The position numbers were made by a program, and so were the translations under genes. This document shows positions 55,358 to 64,000 of a stretch of DNA of 64,000 nucleotides, piece after piece. Location of the stretch: the IMG/VR virus record IMGVR_UViG_3300048855_000167, positions 9,951-73,950 of that record; one strand, given 5' to 3'. This DNA comes from a virus (taxonomy: Duplodnaviria; Caudoviricetes). The notes below the pieces were generated by a model. The model was not told the origin of the DNA and did no database searches. It saw only the letters and a list, made by a program, of their open reading frames with translations. Position 1 is the stretch's first letter; every line of letters starts with the position of its first letter.

Positions 55358-56413
55358 ATGACAAAGCGCCCGCGAAAACCTTCAAAGCCTCTGCTCATCG
55401 ACGAGAACGCGCCCCTGCAAAGCCGGCCGGTCAAGCGCCGCGATCCGAAGCAGCCGCATCTTCCATTCGATCCGATGCCCGATCGGGTGGAGCCTTGCCT
55501 TGCTCTCTTGAAAAGCAGACCGCCGCATGGCCCCGAATGGTCTTATGAAATCAAATGGGACGGCTATCGCCTAGCCGTGCACATCGAGCCTGGCAGAGTG
55601 CGGGTAATTACGCGGGGAGGGCATGACTGGACCCACAGGTTCCCGGGCATAGCTGACGCAGCGAGAGCCCTCGGCCCGGTGACGATGATCCTGGACGGTG
55701 AGGCCGTCATGCTGGACGAGCAGGGGCGGTCGGATTTCGGACTGCTGCAGAGATCGCTTGGAGCTTCTGGCAGGGCGGCCGGAAAACTGCCGTCGCGAGA
55801 TTCGATCCTCTATGCCTTCGACCTCCTCTATCTCGACGGCCACGATCTGCGCGGGCTCGAATACGCTGCCCGGCGGCATCTGCTTGAGGATGCGCTCGAC
55901 GAGCAGGTTGGAGCGATCAGGATCTCCGAAGAGTTCAACGCCGACCCGGATGATTTTCTCGCCCAAGCATGCAGGCTGGGCCTGGAGGGGATCATCGCCA
56001 AGCATCGCGACCAGCCATACCGGTCCGGCCGTACGGGCGACTGGCTGAAGATCAAATGCATCCAGAGCGACAGCTTCGCGATCGTTGGCTATGAACCATC
56101 GACCGCCCTGCCCGACGCCATCGGCAGCCTGCTGCTGGCCGCGCGGTACCGAGACGGCTACAAATACGTCGGCAGTGTCGGGACCGGGTTCAAGCACGAC
56201 GTCGCCCGGTCGCTGAAGAAGCAGCTCGACAAGCTTAAGACGAAGCTGCCGCCGGTAAGAGTGCCCGGAAAGAACGTGGTACTGACGGCCCCGGCTCTGC
56301 TTGCGGAGATCGAATACCGTGCCTGGACGGATGATGGTAAGCTTCGCCATGCATCGTTCAAGGGCCTCCGGGACCATCAGGACAATGCGAGCATCTATCA
56401 ATTGCCGGATTAG
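55358..56413 (+). CDS. ligD: ATP-dependent DNA ligase (stand-alone LigD ligase domain)
   Basis: EIKWDGYR (KxDG), ILDGEAV, YAFDLL, LEGIIAK, WLKIK, AEIEY..WT.DG.LRH. Confidence 0.92.
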   Translation: MTKRPRKPSKPLLIDENAPLQSRPVKRRDPKQPHLPFDPMPDRVEPCLALLKSRPPHGPEWSYEIKWDGYRLAVHIEPGRVRVITRGGHDWTHRFPGIADAARALGPVTMILDGEAVMLDEQGRSDFGLLQRSLGASGRAAGKLPSRDSILYAFDLLYLDGHDLRGLEYAARRHLLEDALDEQVGAIRISEEFNADPDDFLAQACRLGLEGIIAKHRDQPYRSGRTGDWLKIKCIQSDSFAIVGYEPSTALPDAIGSLLLAARYRDGYKYVGSVGTGFKHDVARSLKKQLDKLKTKLPPVRVPGKNVVLTAPALLAEIEYRAWTDDGKLRHASFKGLRDHQDNASIYQLPD

Positions 56414-56416
56414 GAT

Positions 56417-56662
56417 TTGGAAATCTCTGAGACCACGAAATACGCTTGGCTCGTCAAAACAGGCGGCCGTGGCCTTACCGGTGGCGTAGACGACGCCGAA
56501 CGAATCGCGGAAGAGTCGGTCGGACTGGGGCTAACAGGGCCTCACGCAGAAGCATTGATGCTGTTCGCGGAGGTGATCGCTGAGAAGCATGGCAAGGCAT
56601 CATGGAGCCTGGTTGACGACTATTCGGTCGAGTGGACAGTTTTCATGACGAGATATCCATGA
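56417..56662 (+). CDS. Hypothetical protein
   Basis: TTG-start ORF right after ligD. Confidence 0.5.
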   Translation: MEISETTKYAWLVKTGGRGLTGGVDDAERIAEESVGLGLTGPHAEALMLFAEVIAEKHGKASWSLVDDYSVEWTVFMTRYP

Positions 56663-56907
56663 ACGACGACGTCTATGAAATCACCATCCATGATGAGGAT
56701 GGTGCGGTCTTGCTTCACAAGAAGATGACCAAGGAAGAGGCCGAGGCAGCCATAGTCGCTTTCGATCTGGTCAAGGATCGTCCGCATATGGCATTCGTAC
56801 GAGCCGTCTTTGCGAAAGGTGTTTACCAGATCGGGCAGAAAGGGATTCTTGCTCAGCGAGTTCGTGGTGCGGGTGAGGCCTTACCCCCCCCTTTCCTCGC
56901 ACATTGA
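56659..56907 (+). CDS. Hypothetical protein
   Basis: ATGA-coupled (MNDDVYEITIHDE...). Confidence 0.6.
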   Translation: MNDDVYEITIHDEDGAVLLHKKMTKEEAEAAIVAFDLVKDRPHMAFVRAVFAKGVYQIGQKGILAQRVRGAGEALPPPFLAH

Positions 56908-57167
56908 CCAGGCGTGATAGGCGCGCCAACCAATCCCTGGGCAAGTCCACCGACTCGAACATAACACCGCCCAGCTTACCAAAATGTACTAGCGTGATAG
57001 CCGATATGGGATGCTGAGCTTGGGGGGGCAGAGTACTAAGTTGGAGGGGCATTGACGCGCCTAGCGTCGAAATAAGCAACTCTTAGATCGAGCCTCGCCT
57101 TGCCCCGCCACCGATCATGATAGGATCGACACGCGATAAAAACTCGCCGCTATCGGGAGGAACTTTG

Positions 57168-57482
57168 ATGAAAGCCGCACAAATTCTCTTAGGATTACTT
57201 TTCGTCGGCGATGGGCAGGCTGCGTCACTGCCTTTGTGTGCGAAGGAAGCCATTTGTTCCGATAGCCGTCTCTTGGCACAAGGGATGAGGGAGCAGCCGA
57301 TCGAGAGGTCGCCCAGGTTTTGTCCGACGTGCAGATACAATTGCCGTCAAGATGGCGTGGTTGAAGCGCACAAGTGTTCGATTAACCACAAAGGCAACGT
57401 GGACGATTTCAACGAATGTATGGACGACACTCGATCCGTTCAAAAGGCATGCATATCTCAGTGTGATGATATGGGCTGCTAG
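57168..57482 (+). CDS. Secreted Cys-rich protein (10 Cys)
   Basis: GGGAGG Shine-Dalgarno; signal peptide MKAAQILLGLLFVGDGQA. Confidence 0.65.
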   Translation: MKAAQILLGLLFVGDGQAASLPLCAKEAICSDSRLLAQGMREQPIERSPRFCPTCRYNCRQDGVVEAHKCSINHKGNVDDFNECMDDTRSVQKACISQCDDMGC

Positions 57483-57562
57483 TGGCAGCAACTGTATTGC
57501 AAGGATGGTGTCGGTTTAGCGGGAGAGATGTTTAGCGCCTTGGCGCGGTATGGACGGTGCTA

Positions 57563-58327
57563 TCAAAATGGGTCTTTTCTTTCTCCGACATGGCTCTTCA
57601 GATGCTTCAGCGCCCTCAAAACCCGCGGGTGCATCTCATCCCTCATGATCAAAAACCCGTAATCCTTACTTAGGACGCAGGCAGTACCATCTGAGCACTT
57701 GAAAGCAATGATCGTCTTTTTCACTTTATCGTCCTTATAAAGAAACGGAAATGTAGCCTGATAAACGTCCACGTCACGTAGATCGATGGTTCCAAAGGAT
57801 ACATTAACAGTTCCGCTGTGCGAATATGGTGCCCGCTGGCTTTCGCATGAATTAGAAGCGTACCAAAGCGTCGTTCGGAAATCTATCTCGATCGTTCCTT
57901 GCTCCTCTAATACTCTAACATTCTCTGTTGTCACTCCTGCAGGACAGAAGCCATGATTGTTACTTAGATACCGAAGTTCTCCAAACGTCCCGTTGTTCTC
58001 CAAGACGCGATTTAAAAAAGCTACCGTTTCTTTGATGGATGGCGTGGGAGTAACGGATGATGCTTGTGATTCCAGCTCAGTATGCCCAAGTTTGGTACGA
58101 CCTGTCTCTCCAAGTGAAGCTGGTGGTGTTTTCGGTGGAGGGTCGGGGGGCATTGGGCAAGGCCGACGCGTGCATTTCAGCCTCGCGCCATCGGAATCTT
58201 GTGGCGAGGGATCAGTGAACATGAAGGAACCCTGTGCCCTTACCTGTGTGGTAACGGCGACAGTAGACATCGCCATGATCAAAATAGCTAGCGATCTCAT
58301 TGTGGATCTTTCAAAAGACCAGCGCAC
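57563..58327 (-). CDS. Secreted hypothetical protein with Pro-rich linker
   Basis: Signal peptide MRSLAILIMAMSTVAVTTQVRA; A/T-richer than the phage core. Confidence 0.7.
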   Translation of the reverse strand: MRWSFERSTMRSLAILIMAMSTVAVTTQVRAQGSFMFTDPSPQDSDGARLKCTRRPCPMPPDPPPKTPPASLGETGRTKLGHTELESQASSVTPTPSIKETVAFLNRVLENNGTFGELRYLSNNHGFCPAGVTTENVRVLEEQGTIEIDFRTTLWYASNSCESQRAPYSHSGTVNVSFGTIDLRDVDVYQATFPFLYKDDKVKKTIIAFKCSDGTACVLSKDYGFLIMRDEMHPRVLRALKHLKSHVGERKDPF

Positions 58328-58398
58328 GCCTTCCTACATGTAACCGTAGTTTGCGCTTCTTGTAAGCCGCAGGCAATATGCAACATTGAGCAGACTAA

Positions 58399-58605
58399 AT
58401 TGAGCGGCTGCCCGTTGACAAGGTCCCGGGCAAAAACCTGGTGATGACCGGGCCGATGTATGTCGCTGAAATTGAATACCGCGCATGGACGAACGACGGG
58501 AAGCTCCGCCATGCTTCGTTCAAAGGGTTGCGCGATCCGGATGACGATGGTGCGGTCTACCGGCTGCCTGATTCAGCCGATGATCGAGTCGGAACGACGC
58601 GCTAG
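58399..58605 (+). pseudogene. ligD: Second ligD 3' remnant
   Basis: Hand translation VPGKNLVMTGPMYVAEIEYRAWTNDGKLRHASFKGLRDPDDDGAVYRLPD matches the C-terminus of 55358-56413; in-frame stop upstream at 58396. Confidence 0.85.
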
Positions 58606-58637
58606 AAAGGCGAGAAGATCCAGTAAGCTTGGATAAG

Positions 58638-59726
58638 TTATTCTTCCTGCTCTTCTGGATAAGGAGAGAGTGTCGCCGGACCCCATCCTGCGCGTGCGGG
58701 AGCGTTGCTTGATGATGTCTGGATGCTTTGGCCTTCGGTTGTCGCGACCCTAGCGCCCCTGTGATGCATAGCGCGAACGACTGACAACCTCGGATGATCC
58801 TCATCTTCTTTGGCTGAACTTATTATCGCCGTAAATAGTGGCTCGGCAGCTTGCGACTGAAGCCGCTCGCCAAGAATTTGGTCAAGAAGCTCGGTGTTCA
58901 CGTTTCTTCTGGACCCGTGGTGAGGCACTTGGAAACGGTCTATGCCCGGTAGAGACAATCCGACGAACGGGGCAAAATTTATGACTTCCTGAAGACCTTC
59001 GCGTCCGGTATCCGCTGTCAAAAGGATCTTTATCCCATTGATGGTCGCGTACTGCACCACACTCATCTCGTTTTCTGGACTGGTGCCCTCAGCGGGGAAC
59101 GTCTCCTGCGCCCATTGAGATTTTATGAAATGCACTATTTTTCCTAGGGCCTCTTTCATGAAGTCTAAGGCCGACAAACTTTCCTCGTAGCCAGAAGCCT
59201 TGGCGACCACCCCGGTCTTCTCTGACTCCAACACTTTTTCGATGTATCGCTCCCGCGTCGGCGCCATTACGGTGAACGCCCCGATCATATTTCCTTGGAA
59301 TGTCTCGTGAATCGGGATACCTTTTTCGAGCGCGATTTCCTCTAGGGCAGCGGTATTCGGAAAGGCGATCTTTAGGTCTCTGATCAAATTCGCCTTGTTC
59401 GTATATCGCGCGAATCGCAACATGAGCTCGTCAGCGTACAGCCACGGCCTGTTCATCCAAAGGTTTCCAACAGGATAACCTGTCAAAACAGCACGTAACC
59501 CGGCTGTGTGGTCGCCGTCCGGATGGGTGGCCACGACATGATTGATTAGCCCCGGGTCACCATAGTATGTTTTTATTTGGGTGACTACCTTTTCGCCGGT
59601 GGCCATGTACCCGCCATCTACGACGTGAATATATTCCGTCCCAGCTAATCTGTACCGAAGAGTGATTGCATCACCACTCTTCTTTGTTTCAACGTCTAAG
59701 AAATCAATTTCGAAATAGTCTTCCAT
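58638..59726 (-). CDS. MBL-fold (ComEC/Rec2-like) metallo-hydrolase
   Basis: DFLDV..SGDAI, VDGG, THPDGDH, NEMSVV, LLTAD, VPHHGS, HP. Confidence 0.9.
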   Translation of the reverse strand: MEDYFEIDFLDVETKKSGDAITLRYRLAGTEYIHVVDGGYMATGEKVVTQIKTYYGDPGLINHVVATHPDGDHTAGLRAVLTGYPVGNLWMNRPWLYADELMLRFARYTNKANLIRDLKIAFPNTAALEEIALEKGIPIHETFQGNMIGAFTVMAPTRERYIEKVLESEKTGVVAKASGYEESLSALDFMKEALGKIVHFIKSQWAQETFPAEGTSPENEMSVVQYATINGIKILLTADTGREGLQEVINFAPFVGLSLPGIDRFQVPHHGSRRNVNTELLDQILGERLQSQAAEPLFTAIISSAKEDEDHPRLSVVRAMHHRGARVATTEGQSIQTSSSNAPARAGWGPATLSPYPEEQEE

Positions 59727-59745
59727 CAATTTCCTCCACCGAGGA

Positions 59746-60258
59746 TCACTTTTCAGCCACAGGTACAGCCTTTTCAGCGTGATGCTCTACTCGCCTTCTA
59801 ATGTAAGTTGTTTGTTTGCGATAGGCCATCAGGAAAAGTGCACACAGGAAAATCAGTAGTGAACCTTTTATGGTGGCGGGGGTAAGTTGGTACGCCTGCG
59901 CCAGGTCCTTAGTATAATACCCCGCTGCGGTGACGAGGAGCGCCGCGAGCATAGTCCGGTACTGATTGTTGACCTCCAGCAGCAGAAGTACCTTTGCATC
60001 GGCGCGGCTGGCTTCGATAAACTTGGGGTACTCGGCGTAACGAACAAACCTAATAAGTTTGAGTAATGGCTCCAGAACCAGCGAGCCTATCCTGCTTACA
60101 ACCAATCCAATAAAATAGAAGACGACAAGATCGGTTACTAGCGACCCAGCATCAATCTTGTAGACGTCGAGGACCGCGAGAAGGTAGGCAACAACCGCAC
60201 CGGGAACCAAATTGTTAAAGATGTCGTAAGTAGAGATTTTCGCAAGAATTTCATTCAT
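59746..60258 (-). CDS. 3-4 TM membrane protein, operonic with the MBL hydrolase
   Basis: GGAGG Shine-Dalgarno; hydrophobic segments; about 19 bp gap to the MBL start. Confidence 0.85.
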   Translation of the reverse strand: MNEILAKISTYDIFNNLVPGAVVAYLLAVLDVYKIDAGSLVTDLVVFYFIGLVVSRIGSLVLEPLLKLIRFVRYAEYPKFIEASRADAKVLLLLEVNNQYRTMLAALLVTAAGYYTKDLAQAYQLTPATIKGSLLIFLCALFLMAYRKQTTYIRRRVEHHAEKAVPVAEK

Positions 60259-60438
60259 TTTTATTTCCTCCAGCCGTGGACGCCGATGGTGAGGTCGCAC
60301 CATCTCGTGAGTTGATACAGCTTGAATAAATTTTTCAATGATGTTGTGGAAGCGATCTCAATAACAACGCCATCGTAGGCATCAGGGATAGTGTTCCAGA
60401 ATTTCGCCACCCTCTCGCCAGGCGGATGTGCCAAAAAA

Positions 60439-60675
60439 TCACTCCAACCTCCGCTTCATCGCCGCCAGGATAGCGTCGAGTTCGGCGTTCGAACCGTGAG
60501 CCAGCACGAGGTTATCCGCCACCTCGATGATCGCCGTCAGCACCTCGGCCTCTCCCCAGCCGGCTTTCACTGCGGCCTCGATGATCTCCTGCAGCGAGAA
60601 CTCGATCGCCATCTGGCAGAAAAGGTGGCGGTTCTCGGCGTCCTCTGGGACGGTCGGGGGAAGGATGTCGACCAT
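60439..60675 (-). CDS. Small hypothetical protein
   Basis: High-GC 78-aa ORF (AVKAGWGEAEV...) between two A/T-richer cassettes. Confidence 0.7.
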   Translation of the reverse strand: MVDILPPTVPEDAENRHLFCQMAIEFSLQEIIEAAVKAGWGEAEVLTAIIEVADNLVLAHGSNAELDAILAAMKRRLE

Positions 60676-60800
60676 CGAGATGACATAGAGTTGCGATGGT
60701 CTTGTGCAAGACGAAGGCTCGATCTCAGTCGGCCGCTAAAACAGTAGGCAGAATCGCAGACATGAAGGTATTGGGCGCTCGCAAACGCCTTACAACATAC

Positions 60801-61808
60801 TTAGCTGCAATAGGGACTGATGAAATCCAATACATGTTTGGCTGGGATGGCAGAATTCGCCTTCTCAATTCCCCCCTCGTGTCGGGTTTCAAGTGAGTTG
60901 ACTACAACTCCTAGACATAGCCCTGCTTCGTCCAAGACAGGGCCACCACTATTTCCTGGTGCGACCACATTTGAAATGATCAGCCGATCTTCGCCATGGT
61001 AGGTGTTGACGATCGCGTTTAATTCACCTCCATGGGCCAAGAGGTAAGACGAGTCAGTCGTCGCTATGCCCGGATAGCCGAGGGTGATGGTTCGCGTGAG
61101 CACCGACGGGTTCCCAATTGGGAAAATCGGAGCGGTGGTGTCATCGCATTCAACCTGAAGAAGTGCTAGGTCGAGCTTAGGATGTAAAATCCATTTACTA
61201 TTAATCGGATTGAAAATACTGCCTTCAGGCTTGCTTAACCCAATAAACGTTATGCCGTCCTCAGGGTCGACGTTATGCTTTGCAGTAACAATCACGCATT
61301 TTCGTCCATCGCCACTATTGGTCGCCAGAAACCCTGTCCCCGTATATTCATCCTCCCCACGTCGAACGTACACAGCTGGGACGCTTCCGCGATATTTGCG
61401 CGCGACATAGCTGGGCCCGAGTAGAATATTGTCGAAAATCCCCAAAGTAATGAAAAACGCAATTCTGGCTTCGTTCCAACGATAGTTTACGACGGCGTTG
61501 CTGCCAAACACGGATTGGTCAACAACAAGCCCCCATTCAATCATTCGCCGCAATAGAGGCATCACAGCGGACATATTCGTACCCTCGCCATCTCCGCATG
61601 CATGCAAAAGGTGCAAGAAATCTTGTGCGTGAAAGTAACCGTTCTCTAGGAGCAGTTTACGGGCCTCGAAATTTGGCAGCGCACTCGAGTTTCCACTGAC
61701 AAACTCGCGATACGGACCACGCTGTGCGGCCAACCCCCCAAGCTTTATCAGCGCTCGGATTTCCTTCGGGGGATTAGCGCCGATTTCATCCAGTAGCCTA
61801 CCAACCAT
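60801..61808 (-). CDS. Trypsin-like serine protease with unknown N-terminal domain
   Basis: GTGFL, VTAKHNV (His), DLALL (Asp), LGYP, PGNSGGP (Ser). Confidence 0.88.
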   Translation of the reverse strand: MVGRLLDEIGANPPKEIRALIKLGGLAAQRGPYREFVSGNSSALPNFEARKLLLENGYFHAQDFLHLLHACGDGEGTNMSAVMPLLRRMIEWGLVVDQSVFGSNAVVNYRWNEARIAFFITLGIFDNILLGPSYVARKYRGSVPAVYVRRGEDEYTGTGFLATNSGDGRKCVIVTAKHNVDPEDGITFIGLSKPEGSIFNPINSKWILHPKLDLALLQVECDDTTAPIFPIGNPSVLTRTITLGYPGIATTDSSYLLAHGGELNAIVNTYHGEDRLIISNVVAPGNSGGPVLDEAGLCLGVVVNSLETRHEGGIEKANSAIPAKHVLDFISPYCS

Positions 61809-62047
61809 CGCGTTTGTTTCTCACCTTCTCAATTACCAGGACCAGATGCTACAATTCTATACATAGGTCGTCATCCCGAAATGTCGGGCGGGCCGGATCG
61901 AGGCGGCCCATGAGCCGCCTCGCTTTGTGAGAGAACTGTGAGAGAAGTTTTCGAATGTTCTCTCCATGTTCTCCGTTGTTTGGTTGCTCTCCATCCGATT
62001 CTTCGGTATCTCATGATCCCAAGGAACAGAGAGTAGCCTCATCTGCC

Positions 62048-62094
62048 GGTTTGGGACCAGAGGGTCGGGAGTTCGAATCTCTCCACTCCGACCA
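62048..62094 (+). repeat. attR: 3' half of tRNA-Pro(TGG)
   Basis: GGTTTGGGACCAGAGGGTCGGGAGTTCGAATCTCTCCACTCCGACCA, covering anticodon loop, T-arm and CCA, with no matching 5' half upstream. Confidence 0.88.
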
Positions 62095-62145
62095 CGCTTT
62101 TAGGTGAGGCTCCTTATCCGTTCCATTCCATGGAGCGTTACAGGA

Positions 62146-62451
62146 ATGGCCGCCAAGATCTATCGTCCCGCAAAGACCGCCATGCAGTCCGGCAAGGCCA
62201 AGACCCATCTCTGGGTGCTGGAATTCGACCAGGAACAGCCGCGCCGCATCGATCCGATCCTTGGCTACACATCCTCCGGCGACATGAAGCAGCAGGTTCG
62301 GCTGACGTTCGAAAGCCAGGAACAGGCGGAAGCCTATGCCAGGCGCGAAGGCATCGAATACCGGGTAATCCAGCCGAAGGATCCGAATCGCCAGATCGTT
62401 TCCTACACCGACAATTTCCGCTTCAGCCGCACCCAGCCCTGGACGCATTGA
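62146..62451 (+). CDS. ETC complex I subunit-like protein (host)
   Basis: KIYRPAKTAMQSG...W.LEF...IDPILGYTSSGDMKQQVRLTF. Confidence 0.92.
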   Translation: MAAKIYRPAKTAMQSGKAKTHLWVLEFDQEQPRRIDPILGYTSSGDMKQQVRLTFESQEQAEAYARREGIEYRVIQPKDPNRQIVSYTDNFRFSRTQPWTH

Positions 62452-62494
62452 TTTTTGAGCCGCTCGGGCTTTCCCGGGCGCCGCTGCCGAGATC

Positions 62495-62571
62495 GGCCCC
62501 TTAGCTCAACTGGATAGAGCAGCTGCCTTCTAAGCAGCAGGTCGCAGGTTCGAGTCCTGCAGGGGTCGCCA
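62495..62571 (+). tRNA. tRNA-Arg(TCT)
   Basis: 77-nt cloverleaf GGCCCCTTAGCTCAACTGGATAGAGC...gctgc-cttctaa-gcagc...GGTTCGAGTCC...CCA. Confidence 0.96.
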
Positions 62572-62612
62572 ACCTTGATCAGCCCGGACCGTCCCAACTG
62601 ATCCCCGCGAGA

Positions 62613-62915
62613 CTACCGGATGCGGTAGACGGACATGGCCACCGGGTATGCATAGACGCCCCGGTAGAAGAACCCGTTGCGATACAGACAACCCCGCAGC
62701 CGCACCGCAGGCAGGCTGGCCTCAGCGATCGCTCCGGCCTCTGCCAGACCGGCTTCGGAGAGGCATCGCGCCAGCGCCCTGTTGTAGGCCTGCATGAGCT
62801 GAGGGCTGCTTTCCACGGGCACGGCTCCATAGAGCCGTAAATCCGACCGGGCTTCAGCCGCCATCGATGTGCAGGCCAAGCCAAGTGCCACGCCCAATGC
62901 GAGCTTGAGGTTCAT
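62613..62915 (-). CDS. Secreted hypothetical protein (host)
   Basis: Signal peptide MNLKLALGVALGLAC. Confidence 0.65.
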   Translation of the reverse strand: MNLKLALGVALGLACTSMAAEARSDLRLYGAVPVESSPQLMQAYNRALARCLSEAGLAEAGAIAEASLPAVRLRGCLYRNGFFYRGVYAYPVAMSVYRIR

Positions 62916-63343
62916 CTGTTCGCTCTCCGCTTGATAAGATGCCGCGTTGAACGCGATGTCAGGCGATTTGTTCCTATGTGTGCCTATACTCCAAGCAGTC
63001 GTATTTCCGATCCACCGCCGGTCGAGGGGTACCGTGGGAGGGGAAGATGGAACGCGCGCATAGACGAGCGTTTGGATAACACCTGAAGGCAGCCCGCCGC
63101 TGCCGCCCGAAGTGGCTGGGGCCACGAAACCCCATTCTTGCCGCATTGAGGATTCGGAATTGCCGCATTGTTTCGTATGATGCGTCTTGTCGGTTCCGTA
63201 GCGTCACACGAGCGGAAGACAGATCGGCGATTGAGCGGTCACGGCCCTCGAAAAACGCCTCCAACACATTGAAATGGTTTTCATTCGGGCAGTTCGAATT
63301 GCCCGGACCCTTTGCTTGTTTTGAGCTTCGAGTGGGGATTCAT

Positions 63344-64000
63344 ATGAGAAGAATATTGTCCACTGGCGCGGTTTTGGCGCTTGCGTGTTTTTTGACGGCC
63401 GGCCTGGGGTTTGCGGAAGACACCCCATTGATCTGGAACCCGATCCGCAGTTCCGACACCAGCTACTCCGTCAAGCTCGGCCTCAAGCTGCCGACTCGGC
63501 TCGAAACCGAAGCCGGCGTGTCGATGGGCGTCGATACGTCGATGAGCGGAACTCCGCTGGATACGCCCATCAAGTTCTGGAGCAATTTCACGGCGGAAAA
63601 AATCCAGACGCCCGCCTATCAGCTGAACCGCGACGTCGGTGTCGATCTCGACGGCAATACCGGCAGCGCCGAGATCACCATGAATTATTACGAAAAGGAA
63701 ATCGCCACGCCGACGATCGATATCGAGAGGCGCAGCAGCTACGGCCTGCGGTATGACGGCGCCTCGGGAGAATGGCGCGGCCTCGATGCGAGCCAGTCGG
63801 TTCGCCTGTCTCATAGCCCAAGCAGCACCGCGCTGGTCGGGCGGGCAAGCGGCAGCGACGGGTTTCGCACTCTCGGAGCAGGCGTCGCCCTGGAGAAGCG
63901 GCTCGGCCGGTACATGACGGTCAGCGGCGCGCTCGATCGCACCTCGGATGCGCCCGAACCGGTCACGAGCGTCAATGCTCGTTATTCCTTCCGCTGGTGA
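63344..64000 (+). CDS. Exported beta-rich hypothetical protein (host)
   Basis: Signal peptide; ends in ARYSFRW, typical of outer-membrane-like proteins. Confidence 0.75.
   Translation: MRRILSTGAVLALACFLTAGLGFAEDTPLIWNPIRSSDTSYSVKLGLKLPTRLETEAGVSMGVDTSMSGTPLDTPIKFWSNFTAEKIQTPAYQLNRDVGVDLDGNTGSAEITMNYYEKEIATPTIDIERRSSYGLRYDGASGEWRGLDASQSVRLSHSPSSTALVGRASGSDGFRTLGAGVALEKRLGRYMTVSGALDRTSDAPEPVTSVNARYSFRW

Larger units (their letters stand above)
1..62094. mobile_element. Temperate myovirus prophage (left end outside window), integrated at tRNA-Pro
   Basis: Contiguous replication, terminase, portal, capsid, baseplate, sheath, tube, tape measure and lysis genes; right boundary is a duplicated tRNA-Pro 3' half followed by host genes. 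Confidence 0.95.

Noticed and set aside
1-64000. CRISPR array, IS/transposase, integrase, CI repressor
   Set aside because: No regularly spaced repeat-spacer units or transposase/integrase motifs found; the 9-copy motif is gene-associated, not an array

Overview
About 62 kb of this window is the right-hand part of a large temperate myovirus prophage in a Rhizobiaceae-like (Sinorhizobium/Ensifer/Rhizobium) chromosome. It ends at an attR made of the 3' half of tRNA-Pro(TGG) at 62048-62094. Host genes follow: an ETC complex I subunit-like gene, tRNA-Arg(TCT) and two hypothetical genes. The integrase, repressor and attL are not in the window. Layout: (i) 1-6.9 kb, rightward DNA metabolism/replication module (HNH, MT-A70 and C5 methyltransferases, RuvC-like, primase, DnaB); (ii) 6.8-22.2 kb, a long leftward arm (DUF4942 methyltransferase, beta clamp, vWA/metallopeptidase, MoxR-like AAA, DUF3150-like, many small genes) interrupted by morons (GT2 glycosyltransferase, DUF6894/DUF982); (iii) an AT-rich control region and a lambda-like cos candidate at about 23.5 kb; (iv) 23.9-51.7 kb, lambda-type head, P2-like contractile tail and lysis genes; (v) 51.9-61.8 kb, cargo (Crp, DUF6894, LigD with a LexA box plus a second ligD remnant, secreted proteins, a transmembrane + MBL-hydrolase operon, a trypsin-like protease). 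The most notable signals are a 9-copy start-associated mini-hairpin (CCCC-G(C)CA-ANNA-TG(G)C-N5-7-GGAGA) heading the gene clusters of the early arm, and a candidate two-gene anti-phage system (TM + MBL hydrolase). All family assignments come from motif recognition by eye, not database searches.
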